Shown in pieces: positions 57,780-64,000 of a DNA stretch of 64,000 nucleotides. How positions within the stretch are numbered: position 1 is the stretch's first letter; each line of letters begins with the position of its first letter. The notes beneath the pieces are model-generated. The model was not told the DNA's origin. It saw nothing but the letters and a program-made list of their open reading frames with translations, and did no database searches. The translations under genes and the position numbers were made by a program. The DNA comes from a candidate division FCPU426 bacterium (GTDB taxonomy: Bacteria; Oederibacteriota; Muellerivitia; Muellerivitales; Muellerivitaceae): contig CAVRAL010000004.1 of NCBI GenBank assembly GCA_963719085.1, positions 672,001 to 736,000 of the forward strand, in the 5' to 3' direction.

Positions 57780-58499
57780 TCAACCCATTCCCCCATCCAA
57801 AACGATCACGCTGCCAGTGAGATAATCCGGGGAGGACTCCGCCAGGAAAAAAACTATCTTGGAAACTTCTTCCACCTCGCAAAACCGGCGCAAGGGAACG
57901 GTTTGAAGAATGGCTTCCTTCGCCTGGGGTGATAACTTTTCAATCATGGGAGTGACAACTCCCCCCGGCGCCACCACATTGGCGATGACGCCGTAAGGCC
58001 CCGCTTCTTTGGCTAAGGCCTTGGTAAATCCGATAATGCCGGCTTTGGAAGCCGAATAATTGGCTTGGCCGGGAAGGCCGTGAATCCCGGAGATCGACGA
58101 GAGATTGATGACCCTCCCCTTTTTCTTTTTCAACATGTCGAAAACAAACCTGCGGGTGAGGTAAAAAACGCCGAAAAGATTCGTGTACAGCACATCCGTC
58201 CAATCCGAATCTTGCATGGAAAACAAAGGTTTGTCCCGGGTGATGCCGGCGTTGTTGACCAAAACGTCCACGCTTCCTTCTTCTTGAAGCACGGCCTTGC
58301 AAAATTGGTCGCAGGCTTCCCGATCCGCCACATCCAGGGCGTGGGCCTTTATTTTCCCCGCGAAACGGTTTTCCATTTCCCGCGCGGAGGCCTCATTGGA
58401 ATGAAAGGTAAAATGGACCTTCCATCCGGCGCCGGCGAATGTTTCAACCAAATTTTTGCCGATCCCCGAGGAGCCGCCCGAAATCACGATTTTTTTCAT
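57780..58499 (-). CDS. fabG: 3-oxoacyl-ACP reductase (FabG-like SDR)
   Basis: GGSSGIG, VNNAGITRD, SS, GQANYSASK, N.VAPG; ATGA-coupled to the dehydratase. Confidence 0.9.
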   Translation of the reverse strand: MKKIVISGGSSGIGKNLVETFAGAGWKVHFTFHSNEASAREMENRFAGKIKAHALDVADREACDQFCKAVLQEEGSVDVLVNNAGITRDKPLFSMQDSDWTDVLYTNLFGVFYLTRRFVFDMLKKKKGRVINLSSISGIHGLPGQANYSASKAGIIGFTKALAKEAGPYGVIANVVAPGGVVTPMIEKLSPQAKEAILQTVPLRRFCEVEEVSKIVFFLAESSPDYLTGSVIVLDGGMG

Positions 58500-58948
58500 G
58501 GCGTTTTCAGCTTCCCGAATAAAAATTTCCCGGTTGCCACCACTTCGCCGTTCACCGTTCCTCTTCCCTCGATGATCCGGTTCGATCCGACGGCTTTGGT
58601 AATGGTCATATGAATCTCCAGTTGATCTCCCGGAACCAGGGGTTTCATAAATCGAAAGTCCGTCACCGCCCCGATCACGTCCACCACTCCCGGAAGCTCC
58701 CCTTCCTCGGTGATCCGGATCAAAATAGCCGCGGTTTGGGCGAAACATTCAATGGTGAGAACCCCCGGGAAAATCGGATTCCCGGGAAAATGACCGGGAA
58801 AATAGATTTCATTGACCGAGATATTTTTAATCGCCCGTAAGTCTTTTCCTTTTTCGAACGAAAGAACCCGATCCACCATCAAGACGGGAAAGCGTTGTTT
58901 TAAAAAAGATAGAACCGGAATTGGGCCCGATTCGTTTTCATTTGGCAC
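58496..58948 (-). CDS. fabZ: 3-hydroxyacyl-ACP dehydratase (FabZ-like)
   Basis: QRFP.LMVD, F.GHFPG.PI.PGVL.IE..AQ (catalytic His/Glu), F..P..PGD.L. Confidence 0.9.
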   Translation of the reverse strand: MPNENESGPIPVLSFLKQRFPVLMVDRVLSFEKGKDLRAIKNISVNEIYFPGHFPGNPIFPGVLTIECFAQTAAILIRITEEGELPGVVDVIGAVTDFRFMKPLVPGDQLEIHMTITKAVGSNRIIEGRGTVNGEVVATGKFLFGKLKTP

Positions 58949-59186
58949 GAAGCTGCTCTTCGATCATTTTGGCGGAGGAGTCAACCGTGGACATCTGGAC
59001 CAGTTGATCCGGGTCAATCGTGAGATTAAACTCGTTTTCCAATTTGGATAAAAACTCAAGGGCCCGCATGGAATCGTATTTCGCCATTTCGGTGAAGGAT
59101 TTGGACCCCGAAATATCCTCCGGCTGAAGGTCGAACATGCCGGCGATAATTCCCTTTATTTTCGATTGAATTTCAGTTAATTGCAT
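58938..59186 (-). CDS. Acyl carrier protein
   Basis: 82-aa acidic protein with a DSM site and LE.EF; AAGGAG RBS. Confidence 0.9.
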   Translation of the reverse strand: MQLTEIQSKIKGIIAGMFDLQPEDISGSKSFTEMAKYDSMRALEFLSKLENEFNLTIDPDQLVQMSTVDSSAKMIEEQLRAK

Positions 59187-59197
59187 TTTTTCTCCTT

Positions 59198-60097
59198 TTA
59201 TTTTTTGATTTTGATAAAAGATATTTTCCGTTCCGTTTTTGAGACGGCGGCGACCACTCCGCAAGAATAAGCGCTCGATAAAAAGTGATCCAACGAATCC
59301 GACCCGCCCAATCCCAGTTCTAAAACGGCGGGATTGGGTGAATGGCGGATCAGGCCTCTTGGAAAGCCGGATTCAAGAAAATGCTCTTCCGGAGCGCCCA
59401 ACCATTGCACGCCATTCCATAAAAGCTCAAACCGTTTTTGAAAACCGAGGGGTAGGCTTAAATCCCCCTTCAATTGCAGTGTGAAATAATCCACGACTTC
59501 AAATGAAGCGCCTTGGCTTGCGTCGCCGGAAGCTAATAAAAAGGTCGCGCCTTCCTTAAAAATCATCGCCGAATCGGGCGGCGCCGCCATGGATTTTAGA
59601 AAAGCCGGCGCCTTTTCCACCGCGCCCGCCAAACAAGTTTGAAAAAGCCCGCTGTTATAACCTTCCCAGGCAAAGCCAATGGCGTCCACGAACGAGGTGC
59701 TCCCATTAGTCAGGGTCACGTTCGGGCCTTTTAACTGAAACCATATTCCAATCCGGCTTCCGGCCGCGTTGGCCACGGTGTTGGGGAAATCCATGGGATT
59801 AACCGTATTCGGGCCGTTTAAAAGGGCTTGCGAGTCGAAATCCACCACGCTTTCCATCGAGGCAAAAGCGCTTCCGGCGATCACGGCGAAATTCCGGCGG
59901 GCGGCCTCTTCCAATCCCGCCGCCATTCCATTTAAAGCCCGTGCGGCGGCGATTCCCGCCAACAAGGACAAAGCGTCAATATATTTTGGGGAAACATCAG
60001 GAAAAGATTTTTGAAATTCGGCGGGCAAAGTCTCGATGGTTAACCCATTATTTCCCAGAAACGCGTTGCCTTGGCGGTGAATGATGAGCGGTTTCAA
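59198..60097 (-). CDS. Non-catalytic ketosynthase-like protein (chain-length-factor-like)
   Basis: TTG start overlapping the KS stop with GGAGG upstream. KS N-domain motif NPMDFPNTVANAAG...LKGPN.T; the catalytic Cys site reads TNGSTS; C-domain short, lacking the KS His motifs. Confidence 0.82.
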   Translation of the reverse strand: MKPLIIHRQGNAFLGNNGLTIETLPAEFQKSFPDVSPKYIDALSLLAGIAAARALNGMAAGLEEAARRNFAVIAGSAFASMESVVDFDSQALLNGPNTVNPMDFPNTVANAAGSRIGIWFQLKGPNVTLTNGSTSFVDAIGFAWEGYNSGLFQTCLAGAVEKAPAFLKSMAAPPDSAMIFKEGATFLLASGDASQGASFEVVDYFTLQLKGDLSLPLGFQKRFELLWNGVQWLGAPEEHFLESGFPRGLIRHSPNPAVLELGLGGSDSLDHFLSSAYSCGVVAAVSKTERKISFIKIKK

Positions 60098-61314
60098 GAA
60101 GCGGCCTCCCGCTTCAATAAAACCAAACACGACGTATTCCCCCCAAAAGCGAAAGAATTCGAAAGGGCGACTTTTCCCTGAAAGGCACGGGATTGATTGG
60201 GCACACAGTCGGACACACAATTTTCATCCTGAATTTCCCAATTCATGGTCGGTAATAATCGGCCGCGATCCAAAGATAAACAAGTCATGACCGCTTCGAT
60301 GGCGCTGGCGGCTCCCATGGTATGGCCGATCATGGACTTGATGGAGTTCACGGGAATTTTACAATCGGTCCCGAATACTTTTTTAATGGCGAAAGATTCA
60401 GTTTTATCGTTCGCCGGGGTTCCGGTGCCGTGGGCCGAGATAAAATCAATTTTTTCGGGCGCGAGTTGAGCCTGAGCCAAAGCCTTGAGGATGCTTTCGT
60501 AAGCGCCGACTCCCTCGGGATGGGGCGAGGTCATATGAAAGGCGTCCATGCCCAATCCATAACCGCCAATTTCACAATAAATGTGCGCGCCGCGGGCCTT
60601 CGCCGTTTCTAAGTTTTCAAGCAAGAGAACTCCCACCCCCTCGCTTACCACCAATCCTTTTCGGTTGGCGGAAAAGGGCCGGCATTTATCCGGCGTCAGG
60701 GAAAGAAGGCGGTTGAATCCGGTAAAGGCCACGCGGGAAAAAACATCCACTCCCCCGCAAATGGCTAAGTCTAAATTGCCCTGGCGGATTTGCTCAAATC
60801 CCCAGCCAATCGCGTAATTGCCGGAAGCGCAGGCGTTGGAAAAAACCATGGCTTGTCCGCCCACGCCCAAAAAATCAAGGACGGAAAAAGCGATCCGGGA
60901 ACTTTGGACTTTATCAAAGCTATCCGGTTTTATTTCGGCTTGGCGGTTTTTGACATTGAATTCGGACATGCGTTCAGCCAATTGGACTTCGCCCATCGTG
61001 GTTCCAAAATAACTGCCGACCCGAAGGGAATCGATCTGCGCAGCGGTGAGCCCGGCGTCTCGGAGCGCTTCTTGCGTGGCCAGGATGGAGAAAGCCGCGG
61101 CGCCTTCATAGCGGCCCGGGTTTTCTTTTTCAAAAAGATCCAAACGTTGCCGCTGTTTAATTTCACCGCCCACCTTTACTCGATAAGGCGCCGGATCCAA
61201 GGATTGAAGCGGCTCAATCCCGATATCACCGCGAACCATGGCTTCCCAGCTCGTCGCCACGTCTTCCCCCAGAGGACAAATCACGCCGAGGCCTGTGACA
61301 GCGACTTTTTTCAT
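60094..61314 (-). CDS. Beta-ketoacyl-ACP synthase (FabF-like KS)
   Basis: VAVTGLG, catalytic triad SNACASG / AHGTGT / GHTMGA, SNSFAFGG; AAGGAG RBS. Confidence 0.93.
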   Translation of the reverse strand: MKKVAVTGLGVICPLGEDVATSWEAMVRGDIGIEPLQSLDPAPYRVKVGGEIKQRQRLDLFEKENPGRYEGAAAFSILATQEALRDAGLTAAQIDSLRVGSYFGTTMGEVQLAERMSEFNVKNRQAEIKPDSFDKVQSSRIAFSVLDFLGVGGQAMVFSNACASGNYAIGWGFEQIRQGNLDLAICGGVDVFSRVAFTGFNRLLSLTPDKCRPFSANRKGLVVSEGVGVLLLENLETAKARGAHIYCEIGGYGLGMDAFHMTSPHPEGVGAYESILKALAQAQLAPEKIDFISAHGTGTPANDKTESFAIKKVFGTDCKIPVNSIKSMIGHTMGAASAIEAVMTCLSLDRGRLLPTMNWEIQDENCVSDCVPNQSRAFQGKVALSNSFAFGGNTSCLVLLKREAAS

Positions 61315-61583
61315 CCCGGGCTCCTTGCCAAACGCTTGAATCATTCGGGCCAAATTCGCTGATAATTTTCGCGATCAGTCAAAATTAGTTTCACGCTCAT
61401 CTTGCTTTCCCCGTCGGCTTTTAGCGCCATGACTCTTTCGTTGTTTTTCTGTCACTTTTAAGCGGGTTCGAAGTCCACGCCGCAGGTTTGTCTTCTAGAA
61501 ATGATAACTTGGTTTTCTTTTAAATTACAAAAAAAGGTTGAAATGGGTATTTTTTACACAGAAGTTGTTTATCGCTATTTTTT

Positions 61584-61642
61584 TGTCAAAACTTGACTAA
61601 AAAATTGATAAAACAATTTTAATTTTGCATGTTTACTGTCAA
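61584..61642 (-). promoter_or_regulatory. AT-rich candidate promoter/operator for the KS-phc operon
   Basis: Minus-strand TTGACA at 61637-61642 and 61584-61589; palindromes GTCAA-N3-TTGAC (61585-61597) and AAAATTG-N6-CAATTTT (61601-61620). Confidence 0.4.
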
Positions 61643-61644
61643 AA

Positions 61645-62664
61645 CTAGAAAAGAGAAAGTTGGTCGGTTGAGGAAACCGGTTTCATTTTTTTCCGCCCGA
61701 TTTTTAGGCCCGGGGCTCCAAAAACCATGGGAGCCGCGGACTGAACCACCGAAGGCTGCGCGGGCCCTTCGCTTTCAACAAGAACCGGCGCAAGAATGGG
61801 AATCTCGGAGACGATTGGCGTCGATGAAGCCTCAACTTTTTTGCCTTTGCTTTCCAAATAAGCTTTTCCGCCGGCGCACACCGAAAGATACTCGCACCAC
61901 CCGCAAAGACGGCTGGGCTTGACCGGAAAGGCCTTCGCCTTCTCAATTTCCTGGATTTTGGAGACGTATTTTTTTTTCAACCACTCCACTTCTTTGGCGT
62001 TGCGCTCGCTGACCACCAAGTCCTTGTCAAAAGCCACAAAATGCCAAGCCAGCTTCACCTTGGCGCTGGAGCCGATCTTCGGGTTCTGGGAAAGCCCGAT
62101 CTGGTAAAGCGCCAATTGATCCTCGTACTTGGCGTCTTCCTCGCTCATTCGGCGGGAGCTGGTTTTATAGTCGTGGATCCAAAAGGTCCCCTCGCTGTCT
62201 TTTCCCAATCGATCGATGAAGCCCTGCATTTTATATCGGCCGTCCGGGTCCAAATTAAAAAGCACCTTCATCTCAATGCCTTGGGTTTGATCTTGGTCAA
62301 ACGGCTGATATTTATGGTAATAATTTTCAACAAAAAGCTGGCCCTTCTCGTAATAGTCTTCCAGGGTCTGGCCTTCGTGCACAATCCGGATGGGCGTGGG
62401 AAAGCCGCGATCCCGCTGTTTTTTCAGGGCTTCCTGCCATTTATGTTCCCAATGGTTTTTAAAATAATTCAACAGCTCGTTGACGGTGGGAACGCGCTCG
62501 GGAATTTGTTGATAAAGATATTCCATGCACTCATGGAAACGGGATCCCAAAAAAAGCTCAATGCCTTCCGCCACCGGCGGCGGTGTTTTATGGATATAGC
62601 GGAACTCAAATTGGGCGGGGCAGGTGAAGTAGGTATTGACGCGGGAGTAAGAATAAATCGTCAT
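61645..62664 (-). CDS. Stand-alone RecB-family PD-(D/E)XK nuclease with Fe-S cysteines
   Basis: SYSR...Y..CP, G..FH, GFIDRL, IHDYKT, QL.LY, CGWCEY..VC; low-complexity tail ending QLSLF. Confidence 0.88.
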   Translation of the reverse strand: MTIYSYSRVNTYFTCPAQFEFRYIHKTPPPVAEGIELFLGSRFHECMEYLYQQIPERVPTVNELLNYFKNHWEHKWQEALKKQRDRGFPTPIRIVHEGQTLEDYYEKGQLFVENYYHKYQPFDQDQTQGIEMKVLFNLDPDGRYKMQGFIDRLGKDSEGTFWIHDYKTSSRRMSEEDAKYEDQLALYQIGLSQNPKIGSSAKVKLAWHFVAFDKDLVVSERNAKEVEWLKKKYVSKIQEIEKAKAFPVKPSRLCGWCEYLSVCAGGKAYLESKGKKVEASSTPIVSEIPILAPVLVESEGPAQPSVVQSAAPMVFGAPGLKIGRKKMKPVSSTDQLSLF

Positions 62665-62750
62665 GGGCGGATTATAGCCACTCGCCCCTTAAATGTCGAA
62701 CCTCCCGCATCCGGCTTTTTTTTGGCCGGACCTTTTGCTACATTGGAGCC

Positions 62751-64000
62751 ATGCCCCTTCTGGACAATCAAAAACTTCCTCATGAGTTTCCCCGCCGCTA
62801 TGTGCCTCCCGGCGTCGATTTGGGAGAGTGGTCTTCCCTGATACCGTTTTTTGAGGAACTGGAAAATCGCTCCCTGACTTCGGTTTCGGATTTAGAAAAG
62901 TGGTTGGAGAATTGGCAGGAGTTAGAAGAGGTCCTGGATGAGGAAGGCTCGGCCCGTTACGTGCGGATGACCTGCAAAACCGACGATCCCCCCGTCGAGA
63001 AAAAATACTTGGAATTCTTGGAAGGGGTCTCCGAGCCCAGCAAACGCCGTTTTTTCGCCTTGATGAAAAAATATTGGGAAAACCCTTTCAGGCCGGATCT
63101 TCCAAAATCCACTTATGCTCTTTTTAACCGCAGCGTGGAAAACCAGCTGGCCCTTTATCGCCCCGAAAACATCCCCTTAGAAACCCAAGTGGAGAAATTA
63201 TCCCAGCAATACCAAAAACTGAGCGGCTCCCTGACCGTCATTTATGAAGGCCGGGAACAAACCCTTCAACAGATGGGCCGTTATCAAGAATCCACCGACC
63301 GCGCCCAGCGGGAAGAAACCTGGCGGAAAGTGGCGGAGCGTCGTTTGAAGGATCGGGAAGCGTTCGACGATCTTTATGACCAAATGCTGAAAATTCGCGT
63401 CCAGATCGCCCAAAAAGCCGGGTTTGCCAATTACCGGGACTATATTTTCCCCCGTAAGGAACGCTTCGACTATGGACCCAAGGATTGTGAGAATTTTCAC
63501 GAAAGCGCCGAAAAGGCCATCCGACCGCTGGTTTTAGAAATCCAAAAAAAACGGGCCAAAAAAATGGGTCTGGAAAAGCTTCGGCCCTGGGACCTGTCGG
63601 TCGATCCGGAGGGACTGGCACCCCTGAAGCCCTTCACGACAACCGATCAATTAGTGGAAGGCTGTCATCAAATTTTGAGCCAGGTCGATCCTGAATTCGG
63701 CCGAAATTTCCAAAAGATGCGGGACTTGGGGCTGCTGGATTTGGAAAGCCGCAAAGGAAAAGCCCCCGGAGGCTACAACACCACGCTTTCGGAGACCCGG
63801 CTGCCTTTCATTTTCATGAATTCGGTAGGCCTGGACGGAGACGTGCGCACCCTTTTGCACGAAGGCGGGCATGCCATGCATAGTTTCGCCTCCCGCGGCA
63901 TTCCCTTTTCTTCCTATCGCCACGCGCCCATGGAATTTTGCGAGGTGGCTTCCATGAGCATGGAATTATTGGCGGACCCTTATCTGAAGGCTTTTTATTT
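62751..64000 (+). CDS. M3 family oligoendopeptidase (truncated by the window end)
   Basis: Frame open from MPLLDNQ to the edge; RKGKAPGGY, PFIFMN, HEGGH zinc motif near 63858, PMEFCEVASMSME. Confidence 0.92.
   Translation, partial: MPLLDNQKLPHEFPRRYVPPGVDLGEWSSLIPFFEELENRSLTSVSDLEKWLENWQELEEVLDEEGSARYVRMTCKTDDPPVEKKYLEFLEGVSEPSKRRFFALMKKYWENPFRPDLPKSTYALFNRSVENQLALYRPENIPLETQVEKLSQQYQKLSGSLTVIYEGREQTLQQMGRYQESTDRAQREETWRKVAERRLKDREAFDDLYDQMLKIRVQIAQKAGFANYRDYIFPRKERFDYGPKDCENFHESAEKAIRPLVLEIQKKRAKKMGLEKLRPWDLSVDPEGLAPLKPFTTTDQLVEGCHQILSQVDPEFGRNFQKMRDLGLLDLESRKGKAPGGYNTTLSETRLPFIFMNSVGLDGDVRTLLHEGGHAMHSFASRGIPFSSYRHAPMEFCEVASMSMELLADPYLKAFY

Noticed and set aside
57780..61314. Housekeeping fab operon
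   Set aside because: No plsX/fabH/fabD; the ACP is divergent; a CLF-like gene and a private PPTase indicate a specialised pathway.
61341..61485. 29-aa upstream ORF (61341-61430, minus) and a GGTTCGAA T-loop-like sequence near 61465
   Set aside because: No convincing RBS for the ORF, and no cloverleaf can be built around the motif.
61645..62664. Cas4 / CRISPR-Cas locus
   Set aside because: No repeat-spacer array or other cas genes in the window.
3212..62841. Many long antisense or alternate-frame ORFs in the track (e.g. 3212-3913, 4653-5489, 19804-20535, 33901-34659, 62041-62841)
   Set aside because: They shadow well-supported genes and have no motifs; this is expected in GC-rich coding DNA.

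Overview
A gene-dense bacterial chromosomal window with about 55 CDS, one tRNA-Val(CAC), and no rRNA, CRISPR array or transposase that I can see. The housekeeping content is tag, the glycine cleavage genes gcvT-gcvH-gcvP (the last a GcvPA+GcvPB fusion), prfC, lpdA/lipoyl ligase/erpA, nadE, queD, SRAP, hpnCDE, a CDF transporter, addBA, ispH and an M3 oligoendopeptidase cut off by the right edge. The main candidate for a new system is a 10-gene minus-strand operon at 50008-61314. It joins a dedicated type II FAS/PKS module (KS, Cys-less chain-length-factor-like KS, ACP, FabZ, FabG, Sfp-type PPTase, retinol-saturase-like FAD enzyme) to a Ralstonia PhcB-like methyltransferase, a fused PhcS-PhcR-like sensor and a PhcQ-like receiver with a degenerate kinase core. 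I infer a Phc-type quorum-sensing circuit that builds its own fatty-acid or polyene methyl-ester signal. A second accessory locus (26970-37178) pairs an aminosugar/GT2/GT-C glycosylation module with a radical SAM + ACP + acyl ligase + aldehyde dehydrogenase block. Also found: a decayed GxxExxY gene between 8-nt-periodic inverted repeats, a related gene-less copy, a 7-nt-periodic palindromic element, and two small ORFs missing from the supplied track. All family calls come from recognising motifs by eye; no database searches were run.
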